Positions 37,137-50,149 of a stretch of DNA of 64,000 bases are shown here, piece by piece (position 1 is the stretch's first letter; every line of letters starts with the position of its first letter). Source of the DNA: Eledone cirrhosa. Lineage: Eukaryota. The notes under the pieces are model-generated. The model saw only the letters and a program-made list of their open reading frames with translations. It was not told the DNA's origin and searched no databases. The stretch is from positions 247,628,001 to 247,692,000 of the forward strand of contig OZ024743.1 of assembly GCA_964016885.1 (NCBI GenBank), written 5' to 3'. The position numbers and the translations under genes are program-made.

Positions 37137-37801
37137 TTATAAATTTATTATAATAAATTGAAGTGAAAGCAACTGGTGCGTGTGTTTCTTATTGGCAGCA
37201 TGACCCTCCCAAAGTATAACAATATATATATATATATATATATGTATATAAAATATTAAAAAAATAATGAATAAAACAATGAAACAGTTCCTTATATTAA
37301 ACAAAAAAGTTCATTATTTAACGATCGTTTCTAGGACATATATGTGTTAGAATTGGTATGCATATTCAAGAGATCTATGTACAAAATTATACAAATTATC
37401 AAATATAATATACATACCAACACATACATATGCCGTCTTCAGAAATAATGAAATATATTTATTGATAATAACAACAATTCAAAATTACAGGTCTGTTTGG
37501 GAACAGAGTTCAAATTGACCAATGAAATACACAAAAATATATCAAGAAAATACAGTTAGGTGTGTGTATATATGTAAGTAACTTCGTTCACAGATATGCA
37601 TAAAAATATATGTTCACATGCATACGCATGTCGAAAAAATGTATGTAAATACAAAAATTCAGGGCTAATGTCTCTGTATGTTTATAATCTACAGATAAAA
37701 TACACACGCATATAAACATATATAGATTCATATATACACACATATATATACACATTCACACACACACGCGCATATACACATAAACATATACATACCTACG
37801 A

Positions 37802-37875
<74 letters not shown>

Positions 37876-38138
37876 GTATATATTATTATTATAACTATAT
37901 GGATATTTAGGCGCACACATAAACACTGCCACATATATTTTTACATCCAGATGCAGAAGTGGGTAAGGGGGTCAGTAATTACTAAGGGTGTCAGAGAACT
38001 GCCTATTTATAAAATGTATCTATAAATTTAGAAATAAAAAGAAATATATTAAAAAAAAAAAAAAAAGTATAAACAAGTAAAATATATACTCATACATAAA
38101 ATACACACCGATATACATATATATATATATATACATAT

Positions 38139-38205
<67 letters not shown>

Positions 38206-38449
38206 CATATATACACACATACATACATACATACATAGAGACACATACATATACATATATAAATACATAGACACACATACAAACACACATATATATATAC
38301 ATATATTCACAACACACATACATATATACACATATATGTACACACACATACACACACATATATATATACATATATATACATACAGACACATATATATACA
38401 CACATATATATACACACATATATACATACATATATACATACACACACAC

Positions 38450-38486
<37 letters not shown>

Positions 38487-38602
38487 TACATATACGTATA
38501 TATACACACACATACACATATCCATGTATGTATATACACATACAACCACACACTCACACAACTCAGACATACATAAATAAAGAGATATACATACACACAT
38601 AT

Positions 38603-38681
<79 letters not shown>

Positions 38682-38692
38682 CATACACATAA

Positions 38693-38723
<31 letters not shown>

Positions 38724-38737
38724 TATATACATACACT

Positions 38738-38799
<62 letters not shown>

Positions 38800-39009
38800 C
38801 ACACATATATATAAGTATATATAAAAGAAATAAATAAAGAAATAAATACACAGTCAGACAATTATGCACACATATATATATATGTACATACACACATCTC
38901 TACAAATATATATACACACATACACACGCACACATACATATATACATACACACATACATATACATAGACATATATATACACACATATATATACATATACA
39001 TACATATAT

Positions 39010-39056
<47 letters not shown>

Positions 39057-39612
39057 CATAGACACTTATTTACATGCGCACATATGTATTTTTATACTCA
39101 CATATAAACACCCAAACATACATACCTACTTACATACACATACATTCATCCACGCTTACAAATACAAATAATTATAGGGGGGGGGGGATTAAAATTATTA
39201 GTGGGAAATAGTAAATATAGGTTTCAAGGAACATAGAATATTAATCTGCATTTAGATCATAATATATGTTTACATAGTAGTTTCAGTATTAGGAAATGTA
39301 AGAAAGAAGGCAAAATTATGCATTTTAATATAAGTAGACTATTAATTAAAGGTTAACTAAATTAAAATTAGTTAATATATTGATTTCTAAGGTGTATACT
39401 ACTTAGGTTTATAATATTTGAAGCGGAATTTTGAAGTTAAACAGTAGTAGAGTATTAATTATATCATAACTAAATTAAAATATTAACATTATGGTATCAA
39501 TATTAGGAAATGAATTTAGTAATAGGGAAAACCAAATCAAGTATTTCATGGGTAGTAGAATATAAATTATAGGTTAACTAAATTAAAAATTATATATATA
39601 CTTATTGAATTT

Positions 39613-41160
39613 CAGAATGAATACTGGACCAGAAACACATATAGTAATCTACTTGATATTACTATGGGTTCAAGCGATTCTGCCCAAATTACTGATCTTG
39701 TGGGCCTCTTTCTTCTTTTCAACATAAATGCTTCCTTTCCCCACCTTAAAGGTGGTTTATATCGTGATGACTGTCTTCTTCTTTCCAACAACCTTAGCCT
39801 CTCAGAAATAGAAAAAAACAAAAAGCTTATTAGAACTTTCCTTAAAGACTATTATAGTCTTCATATTACTGTTGAAAACACAAGTAAAGTTGTTAATTTC
39901 CTAGATATAACTTTAGACTTAGCTACGGGTATCTACCAACCTTACCATAAACCCAACCAAAACTTACACTACATACACTCACAATCTAATCACCCTAAAT
40001 CTATCCTTAAAAACCTTGCATATAATATATCACTTAGAATTTCTAACCTTTCGTCTAACCAAGATGTATTTGATAAAAATGCGACCTTCTATAACGAAGC
40101 TCTAGATAGAAGTGGCCACAAAAATAGATTAGAATATATACCTTCTACTAAAAATACTATAAACATACAACCTAATATTACCAACAAACACCAAATGAAA
40201 AGTACACACCTAAATGCCACCCACACTATACCCCAAAATACCAACAACTCCTCTAATATAAAGTATAGTAACTCTCAAAAAACTACTCATCATAAAACTC
40301 TAATAAATGTTAATAATAAAACTCCTAATAAACAAGATAAAACACCTAAATCAATAAATCTAACTAAAAATGTGCGTGGTGAGGTCATTAACATTAATCC
40401 TCCTAGTAAACATCACGATACAACCTATAAAAATAATAAACAACATAGAAACCGTAATAGACGAGTTACTTGGTATAATGCTCCATTTAATTTACAAATT
40501 AAGGATAATATTGCTAAAACATTTTTTTATATCCTAGAGAAAAACCTCCCGCCAAACCACAAATACCATCAAATCTTAAATAGGTCAACAGTTAAATTCT
40601 CATACTCAACAACCAAAAACATAAAACAAAATATAAGTGCCTATAATGCATATAAATGTAAAAATACCATAAGTATACCACCAATACATCAAACTAACCA
40701 TAATATCTCCTCAAATACAGAATTAACGAAAGGTTGTAACTGTAGAAACAAAGCAAACTGCCCATTAAAAGGAAATTGTCTTTTTAACAACATAGTTTAT
40801 AAATGTAAAGTTAAAACTAAAGATTCTATTTGCTCATATATAGGAGCTACTTCTAACAATTTTAAGGTAAGGTTTAATACCCACAAACATAGTTTTAAAA
40901 ATGCCGCACTGGCTAATACAACATCTCTAGCAGAAAAAATTAATAGTTATAGAAATAAGAATATAGAATATGATATGACCTGGAGGGTGCTCAAAAGAGC
41001 CACCCCTTATCAAAATAATAGAAATGAATGTAGATTATGTTCCCAAGAACTATTTGAAATAATGAAATCTAAGGATATCCTATTAAATAAGCGACAGGAA
41101 TTAATTATATCGTGTAATCATAAACTGAGAAAAACATTTAAATATTATAAACCTAATTAA
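39613..41160 (+). CDS. PLE RT + GIY-YIG ORF, 5'-truncated, open to stop
   Basis: MGSSDSAQITDLVG, GLYRDD, NFLDITLDL, SNHP, CNC..CPL.GNC..IVY, YIGAT, CRLC, LLNKR..C.HK. Confidence 0.9.
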   Translation, partial: QNEYWTRNTYSNLLDITMGSSDSAQITDLVGLFLLFNINASFPHLKGGLYRDDCLLLSNNLSLSEIEKNKKLIRTFLKDYYSLHITVENTSKVVNFLDITLDLATGIYQPYHKPNQNLHYIHSQSNHPKSILKNLAYNISLRISNLSSNQDVFDKNATFYNEALDRSGHKNRLEYIPSTKNTINIQPNITNKHQMKSTHLNATHTIPQNTNNSSNIKYSNSQKTTHHKTLINVNNKTPNKQDKTPKSINLTKNVRGEVININPPSKHHDTTYKNNKQHRNRNRRVTWYNAPFNLQIKDNIAKTFFYILEKNLPPNHKYHQILNRSTVKFSYSTTKNIKQNISAYNAYKCKNTISIPPIHQTNHNISSNTELTKGCNCRNKANCPLKGNCLFNNIVYKCKVKTKDSICSYIGATSNNFKVRFNTHKHSFKNAALANTTSLAEKINSYRNKNIEYDMTWRVLKRATPYQNNRNECRLCSQELFEIMKSKDILLNKRQELIISCNHKLRKTFKYYKPN

Positions 41161-41620
41161 TAATATATATTTTAGAAATTAATATATAATTTAATTTAAA
41201 TGTAGTTAACCTATAAATTTAATTTAATTAAAATTCTAATACAGATGAGATTAAAAAATATTGTGTAATCATAAATTGTGAAAAACTTTTAAATATTATT
41301 AACATAATTAATATATACTTTGTAAATTAATTTATAGATTAATTTTAGTTTATTTAACCTTTTATTAAAATTCCTTTACAGATGAAATATAACAAAATAT
41401 CGTGTAATCAATAACAGAGAAATATTTTTTAATATTATAAACCTAATTAATGTACAATTTAGAAATTTATTTATAAATTAATTTTAATTTAGTTAACCTA
41501 TAATTTTAATTTAACTAGCTTAAAATTAAAATTCCAATACAGATGGATTGCAGAATATCATGTAATCATAAACTGAGATAAATTTTTAAATATATACCTA
41601 ATTAATATATTCTTTATAAT

Positions 41621-41727
<107 letters not shown>

Positions 41728-42366
41728 TTTAATTTTTGTTAACCTATAATTATATTCTACTATAGATAAAATACAAAATCTGCTTTAATTATTATAAACC
41801 TAATTAACATATACTATAGAAATTAATATATAATTTTTAATTTAGTTAACCTATAATTTATATTCTACTACCCATGAAATACTTGATTTGGTTTTCCCTA
41901 TTACTAAATTCATTTCCTAATATTGATACCATAATGTTAATATTTTAATTTAGTTATGATATAATTAATACTCTACTACTGTTTAACTTCAAAATTCCGC
42001 TTCAAATATTATAAACCTAAGTAGTATACACCTTAGAAATCAATATATTAACTAATTTTAATTTAGTTAACCTTTAATTAATAGTCTACTTATATTAAAA
42101 TGCATAATTTTGCCTTCTTTCTTACATTTCCTAATACTGAAACTACTATGTAAACATATATTATGATCTAAATGCAGATTAATATTCTATGTTCCTTGAA
42201 ACCTATATTTACTATTTCCCACTAATAATTTTAATCCCCCCCCCCCTATAATTATTTGTATTTGTAAGCGTGGATGAATGTATGTGTATGTAAGTAGGTA
42301 TGTATGTTTGGGTGTTTATATGTGAGTATAAAAATACATATGTGCGCATGTAAATAAGTGTCTATG

Positions 42367-42417
<51 letters not shown>

Positions 42418-42615
42418 ATATATGTATGTATATGTATATATATGTGTGTATATATATGTCTATGTATATGTATGTGTGTATGTATATATGTATGTGTGCG
42501 TGTGTATGTGTGTATATATATTTGTAGAGATGTGTGTATGTACATATATATATATGTGTGCATAATTGTCTGACTGTGTGTATTTATTTCTTTATTTCTT
42601 TTATATATACTTATA

Positions 42616-42675
<60 letters not shown>

Positions 42676-42727
42676 AGTGTATGTATATATGTGTGTGTGT
42701 GTGTGTATATATATATTTATGTGTATG

Positions 42728-42772
<45 letters not shown>

Positions 42773-42886
42773 ATGTGTGTGTGTATATCTCTTTATTTAT
42801 GTATGTCTGAGTTGTGTGAGCGTGTGGTTGTATGTGTATATACATACATGGATATGTGTATGTGTGTGTATATATACGTATATGTA

Positions 42887-42923
<37 letters not shown>

Positions 42924-43413
42924 GTATATATGTGTGTATATATATGTGTCTGTATGTATATATATGTATATATATATGTGTGTGTATGTGTGTGTACATA
43001 TATGTGTATATATGTATGTGTGTTGTGAATATATGTATATATATATGTGTGTTTGTATGTGTGTCTATGTATTTATATATGTATATGTATGTGTCTCTAT
43101 GTATGTATGTATGTATGTGTGTATATATGTATGTGTATATATATATATATATATATGTGTATATGTATATATATGTATATCGGTGTGTATTTTATGTATG
43201 AGTATATATTTTACTTGTTTATACTTTTTTTTTTTTTTAATATATTTCTTTTTATTTCTAAATTTATAGATACATTTTATAAATAGGCAGTTCTCTGACA
43301 CCCTTAGTAATTACTGACCCCCTTACCCACTTCTGCATCTGGATGTAAAAATATATGTGACAGTGTTTATGTGTGCGCCTAAATATCCATATAGTTATAA
43401 TAATAATATATAC

Positions 43414-43489
<76 letters not shown>

Positions 43490-43854
43490 TCGTAGGTATG
43501 TATATGTTTATGTGTATATGTTTATGTGTATATGCGCGTGTGTGTGTGAATGTGTATATATATGTGTGTATATATGAATCTATATATGTTTATATGCGTA
43601 TGTGTATTTTATCTGTAGATTATAAACATACAGAGACATTAGCCCTGAATTGTTGTATTTACATACATTTTTTCGACATGCGTATGCATGTGAACATATA
43701 TTTTTATGCATATCTGTGAACGAAGTTACTTACATATATACACACACCTAACTGTATTTTCTTGATATATTTTTGTGTATTTCATTGGTCAATTTGAACT
43801 CTGTTCCCAAACAGACCTGTAATTTTGAATTGTTGTTATTATCAATAAATATAT

Positions 43855-44007
43855 TTCATTATTTCTGAAGACGGCATATGTATGTGTTGGTATGTATATT
43901 ATATTTGATAATTTGTATAATTTTGTATAATTTTTTACATAGATCTCTTGAATATGCATACCAATTCTAACACATATATGTCTTAGAAACGATCGTTAAA
44001 TAATGAA
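43855..44007 (+). ncRNA. Type-I hammerhead ribozyme with expanded stem II
   Basis: ttcattattt-CTGAAGA-[114 nt]-GAAA-CGATCG-TT-aaataatgaa; perfect 10-bp stem I; mirror at 37310-37452 (-). Confidence 0.75.
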
Positions 44008-44201
44008 CTTTTTTTGTTTAATATAAGGAACTGTTTCATTGTTTTATTCATTATTTTTTTAATATTTTATCTTGACTCTGTATTCCGTTTATCTTTCACC
44101 GAAAGTGATTTTTGAATGCATCTCTTCTTTCCATGATATCCGGATTACATTGAGTTCTTCATACGGATTGGACACTACCGTAATCTCTTGGTAGATTTAT
44201 C

Positions 44202-44302
<101 letters not shown>

Positions 44303-44339
44303 GTGTGTGTGTGTATGTGTATGTGAATGTGTTTGTTGA

Positions 44340-44730
44340 CACCTGGAATATAGCTTAAGAGAAATATGACAATAATGATAGACACCCAATATTTTGAACT
44401 GGTTTATAGAATTCTCTTGGCCTTTGTCACTCTAAGTAGAGCTTTAAACAATTAGCTTTTAAAGAATTTCTCTTTTCTTTAAATCCATCAACCATGACCG
44501 ACTCACAACCACCTTATAAACACCTGAAATATAGGCATTGTTAGCTTAAGAGAAAATTAAAAATAAGGAGTGGCACCCCATTCTGAACCTGTTTATAGAA
44601 TCCTTTCTGCCTTTGTCACTCTAAATATAAACTATAGACTTAAAGAATTAGCTTTTAATGAATTCCCTTTTCTTTCAACAAATGACCTCCAGCCACCCCA
44701 CTCTCCACCCTCCCTACCACCTGAAAAGAT
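44340..44730 (+). repeat. Diverged ~180-bp tandem repeat, 2+ copies
   Basis: cacctg..agcttaagagaaa..gtttatagaat..gcctttgtcactctaa..aattagctttta repeated at ~44340 and ~44521. Confidence 0.7.
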
Positions 44731-44830
44731 ATAAATACCACTACATTTATTTTTGGAAAGCCAAATTCCTGATGATTTCTAAAGAATGAAACAGTTCTAG
44801 TCCTGTAGAATCTCATCTATATTAAAACTG

Positions 44831-44861
<31 letters not shown>

Positions 44862-45076
44862 ACTTTCTATACACACACACGCATATATATATTCTTGGTG
44901 TCACTATTTGTGTTCACTCTGGGTAAAAATATATCAATTCCTCACTCATGTGGTAACTGACTCTTATAATTTGCGTTCATCTGCTATCGTGCAGCTGCAA
45001 CTTTGGTTATACTCATTATTATTATTATTTTCTCCTTGTCCTTATAATTAATTGTTTAATTAATTGTTTGTAAACC

Positions 45077-47570
45077 TCATCATCATCATTCGTCGACTAC
45101 TGTCGAGATGATGGATCTCACTCTCATGCCCCAGAATTCCCTGTCCCCCATCGCTGCCCCAGGTCCTGTCTACTGATTCCCGTATCCCTAGAGATAACGT
45201 CAGGGAATGACAGCTTCCTACTCCTAGTCAGGCTGGAGTCAGGGTTCCAGAGCAAAAGAGCGGATATGATTTCATTGCTGGCACGGTGACAGTGGCCAGC
45301 AAATTGAGCTCTCCGGGATTTTAGGAGGGCAGAGGCTCGAGGGAGTTTGCCATAGATTTTAGACAAGGTGGGTTGTCGTTTCCAGGATAGGTTTTGCTGC
45401 ACTCTCATTAAGAGGCGGGTATATGCGCCATCCAATCTCCTCTCAAGTTGTGATGTTAGTGTCCAAGTTTCGGATCCATAAAGTAATATGGGCTTAATGG
45501 TTGCTTGGAATATTTCCAGTTTTAGCTTGTTGGTAAGTTGAGATGTCCATATGGCGTGCATGTCATTGCACGCTGACCATACCATACCCTTCCTGGTTAG
45601 AAAATCTTTTTTGGAGGAGGAGATATATGAGCCAAGATACTTGTAATCTTCCACCTGCTTAAGGGTGGTACCATTAAGGGTTTTGATGGGGTAGTTTGGG
45701 CTGTTTGCGCATCTGTTCACATACTCAGTCTTGGATTCGTTGAGGTACAGTCCAACACAGTTGGACGCTTGCTCTAATGACTTCAAAAGACTCTCAGCAT
45801 TTTCCAGTGACCGACTGATCAATGCGATGTCGTCAGCAAAGTCGGTGTCGGTCAAGTATTTTGCTGGGTAGCGTGAGCTTCTCCTAGGCTGTAGTTGGTA
45901 TCCCCTATCCTGAATCCCATCCACAGACATGCGCAAAACATAATCCACAACAATGATAAATAGATACTGAGCAAGGGTATCGCCCTGTAAAATTCCAGCG
46001 AGGATTGAGAAAAGTGGTGTTTCCCCATCTGAGGTCAGGACAGTTGATTTGGTATCTGTATACATTACACGTATGGCCGCGATGATTTTATCAGGAATCC
46101 CATAGAGTTGTAGAATTTCAAACATCCCCGACCTGTCAACTGAGTCGAAGGCTTTTGAAAAATCAACAAAGATGAGTGCAAGGTCTAGATTGTGGTTTTG
46201 GGACTCCTCTATAAGTCAGCGAAGGCAGAGAATCTGGCTAAGTGTTGATCTACCTCTCCTAAATCCATTCTGGTTGTTACGAAGGATTGGCTCAAGAAAT
46301 GGGATTAAGCGGTTAAGAAGAAGCTTGTTGTATATTTTTGCAGCAATTGCCATGAGAGAAATTCCTCTATAGTTGGTGGCTAAAGAAAGATCTCCTTTTT
46401 TGGTCGTGGGGATAATTTGAGCTGCATGCCAGACGCTAGGTGGTTTATTGGTCTCGAAAGTATGGTTACATAAGTTGAGCAAAAGGATGTGGAAATGCTC
46501 ATCCTTCCAAATCAGAGTAGGTATATTATCCGGCCCAAAGGCTTTTGAGGCTTTGAGCTGTTTGATGGCTTCTTTGAGCTCAGGCATGGTGAAAGGAGAG
46601 GTGTTGATTCCTAAAGGCTCTGAAACCTGAACGGATGGCAGTTGATAGTTATCAGGGAGTCTGGCCTTTTTCCCTAGAAGGTTTTTAAAATGAGCAGACC
46701 AATTTTCAAGACGTTTTTTGGCAGAGCCTCCTTTGATTCTAACTGCAGAGTTTGAGTTTTTGCCTGAAAGATCTTTGACAACCTTCCAAGCAAGATGATG
46801 GTGTTTGCTGATGTGATGTTGCGATAGCTGATCAATCCTACCTGAGATATAGTCGGCTTCAGCATTAAGATAAGCGTCGTCTAGTGATTTTTTGGACATG
46901 ATAAGCTGTATCTTTTTCCCTTGAGATGGTGATTGATGGTGAGATTGGGATATTGACCTAAGATGGGCCCTTGCCTCAACTACCTTCTCTGAGGCGCCAG
47001 GTTTCATTTGGCTTCGGCTTTTCTTTTTAGGTAGGGTGGCAAGTGCAACTTCCTCTGTTGATTGCTTAAGACAGTCATACACATCCTCAATATTATCGTC
47101 ATTGATGTCAGAAGTTGAGAGAGATTGAAATCTGTTATAGACTTGAAGCGTGAAGCTATTGGATAGTTGTTTGTTGGAAGAAACGGCTTTCCAGTCTATT
47201 CTTTTCATGGGATGAGGTTCGGCCCTCTTGGATATCCTGAGACTAAGTTTGATTGTTGCCGAGATGACTCGATGATCTGAGCTGACAGAGCTAAAGGAGG
47301 AATAAGATCTAGAATCTTTGATTGAGTTTCTCAATTTCTTGCGAAATATCAAATAGTCAATCTGAGCTCGTTTTTGGTTTGGGTATTCGAAGGTCCAAAG
47401 CTGGCCTCTGGTCTTCATGAAGCTGTTGTTTGAGCTGAATAGACTGAATTCCTCCATGAAGTCCTTGAGATATTCCCTGTTTCAGTTAGTAACCTTATTG
47501 TATGTGAACTTTACTTCATCCGGGCCAAGTTGAGCATTGAGGTCTCCAGCGATGATAAGAAAGTTGTAAA
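45077..47570 (-). mobile_element. RTE/RTE-X LINE, 5'-truncated (APE end + RT), (GAT)n tail
   Basis: QIDY, SDH, NYRGISL, NQNGFR, GILQGDTLA, FADD, LLYGSETW; internal stop/frameshift near 46130-46216. Confidence 0.9.
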
Positions 47571-47619
47571 CCTAGTTGAAAGCTTATTTGAGGCTGAGAA
47601 AAAATCCTTTGTTCGCACT

Positions 47620-48095
47620 TTGAATGTATCCACCAAAACTTCAGCCAACTGACCTTCCTCTTTTTGAGAAAGGTCATGTGACCTCACGACCAAATTTACT
47701 GATACAGTTGACTGATAGTGTTGTCTAAGAACCCGAAGAAAATGGATATATGAAATGTAAAATCTCTTGATGAAGGGATATCCCTGTTCCATCAAAAGAT
47801 GCATCACTGACTTACATATACATTAAGCAACTTGGAATGTATCTCTCCAGAATCCCAGAAACCTATCGAAGACTTTTATCAATTTTTATTAATTCACATC
47901 TACTTCAGATGATCCAGGTTAGTGTTTGACCTGTTTGTATATATCGATGTCAAGTAGCAACATGATTCTGATCACATTATTCTTGGTGTCGCTATTCCTT
48001 AATTTTTTGTGATCATGCTGGGTAGAAATATATCAATTCCTCACTCTTTGTTCATCTGCTATAGTGCAGCTGCAACTTCGGTTATATTCATTATT
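47620..48095 (+). mobile_element. Degenerate PLE-like 3' end; terminal ~120 bp repeated at 44890-45025
   Basis: Weak LRTR.KWIYE..L..KG similarity to Neptune GIY-YIG end; the direct repeat is clearly visible. Confidence 0.35.
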
Positions 48096-48249
48096 ATATA
48101 TATATATTCCTCTACCTCCACCAACTGCGTAGTTGAATCCATGTTTTCAAGGCCTAAGCCCAATATAGGGCTAGACGAGAGTACGCCCCAGCTCTGGTCC
48201 AGTCTGCCCTCACCTCAGCCCGTGAGGTCGATCGCACCACTGCATTTAT

Positions 48250-48434
48250 ACCCCAACCACCAACTACCCTTCCCCTTCACCTACCACCCTTCCACTTTGC
48301 CTCTCCAGAGAACGGTCCTCTGTCTCTTCCGCAACCTCCAGTTAGACCCCTCCTCCTCATCCATCTTCCAACTCCCACCCCTCCCCTGCTTCAAGTGCGC
48401 ACACAACCTCCAGAATCTCTTTGTCCGCAGTTAA
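48250..48434 (+). mobile_element. Neptune-like PLE linker fragment, C-rich
   Basis: PF.FTYHP....QR.....FR.LQ.DP....IF..PPL..FK...NL...VRS; same composition as 34389-34968. Confidence 0.65.
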
Positions 48435-48969
48435 GTTTATACAATAGCCAGGTACTTTGAGGTAGAGATTTCAAAAAGAAAAGTTATTTTCCTTTCAAAT
48501 ATAAAGTTTATTTGTTTATACACATATATAGTATTATTTTCTGAGTACCATAAACGATAGAGTTCTTAGAAGGAAATGAAAGTATCACCAATTTGAACTT
48601 AATCATAAAACATGGAGCCTGCCAGATTGTCCATGATCAATAGGAAGAGGCCAGATGGTTTTCTCTTTTCCCCTCATCTCAATACTCTAGAACAGTATTT
48701 TTCAACCTTTTCGTCCTTGTGCCTCATTTTTGGTGTCAAAAAGATTTCAGTCCCTCATAAGCTCAAATAGAAATTCCATGTAACATTAAAGCAGTTTGTT
48801 TTCATAATTTAACACCAGTGGAAAAAAAAAAAGTAGAATTTCAAAGGCCACCTATTTTCCTTGGGCCAACTCTAGGCAAGATCTGATTCATTGTTATTGT
48901 TATTGTTCATTTACTTTGTTGATTCTATGTGTATGGAATCAAAACATTGCTGCACCTCACCACTCTTAA

Positions 48970-49170
48970 CCTTTTAACATTTAAACCAGTTGTACCCGGC
49001 CAGAATTCTCTCACCTCTTTCTGTTCAAACTGGCCATAACTGGCCACTCATACTGATGTTAGGGTATATCAAAATCTCATAGATTTGATATTATGTGAGA
49101 TCTTACGTGAGATAAAGCCTTTATCACAAAAATACAATAGTATATATAGAGTAATGCAAATGCTAAAGGG
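48970..49170. mobile_element. piggyBac-like MITE with TTAA target duplication
   Basis: TTAA at 48966-48969 and 49171-49174; TIRs; interior homologous to 4457-4667 in reverse. Confidence 0.8.
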
Positions 49171-49219
49171 TTAAGCATGAAAAACATACAATTAGAAGAG
49201 CCCTTGCATTTGTTCTAAA

Positions 49220-49405
49220 TGTTAAGCCTCACTCTCATTAAAGGTTTGTCTGGGCAAATACACATCCTAAACATAGCTAGAATTGCATCTAACCGACTGG
49301 TCCTTCTCTTAACAAGCAGAAAATACTTCAGCCCACAATAACTTCTGACCTTCTATAATGCTCAGGTAAAACCCACAATGGAGTGGTGTTCCTATTTGTG
49401 GGACT
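49220..49405 (+). mobile_element. CR1/L2-group LINE fragment
   Basis: HILNIARIASNRL.LL..RKYFSP..LLTFYNAQVKPTMEWCSYLW. Confidence 0.6.
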
Positions 49406-49450
49406 TATTTCAATTTATTATTTATTGACAATCTCTATTTGCCAAAAGCA

Positions 49451-49606
49451 AGAACATGGGCGGTGGAGGTGAGAGCAGACCTCAGATCGCTGAAACTCAC
49501 CGAGGAGATGACGAAGGGCCGTGAAAAGTGGAGAGATGCTGTGCTGAATAGGACCGGTCCAACCCTTGCAAGCAGGGAAAAGTGGACGTAAGATGATGAT
49601 GATGAT
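49451..49606 (+). mobile_element. RTE 3' end fragment
   Basis: Closely similar to ~56995-57160; (GAT)n tail. Confidence 0.85.
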
Positions 49607-50149
49607 GGAAGTTACAATTATTATTTCTAAGTCACTTCTTTCCTGAGCAATGTCAGATTCTATTGTTACTATATGTATGTATGTATGTACAAAGGGCAGA
49701 GGAACTCATAAGAGTCAATGGCCACCCGAAAGTGTGTAAATATGTATATACACATGTACCGCGCGGTTAAACCACTGGAGTGAAGGACCCCTAGCCTTTG
49801 TCAGGGCATTCTTCTAGGAGAAGGCAACTCAGGAAACTGGGATAACTCCGATATAAAACCTGTGGCTCAGTAGTTACCGATGATGTTGATCTTTTCTTCT
49901 TTTCGGGTTATAGCTACTGTCGCTCAGAGGGTGGGATTGGCTCAGTGCACAGTCTTTCCTCACTTTAAAAAATATCTTCACGCACAGGCATTGCACGATA
50001 GAATTAATTAATAATTATTAATAATGGTATATCATGCAATGGCCATACTCGCTAACGATGGAGCAGCCATCATGTATGTATGTATGTATGTATGTATGTA
50101 TGTATGTATGTATGTATGTATGTATGTATGTATGTATGTATGTATGTAT

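Larger units (their letters stand above)
35569..37225 (+). mobile_element. Third fold-back PLE insertion (related family), interrupted by a Helitron
   Basis: GIY-YIG end RSVGERINEHW..HAK.EH..RQITEA..LNRK.EW at ~35870-36120; 35623-35865 is the reverse complement of the pseudo-LTR; tail only on the left arm. Confidence 0.88.
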
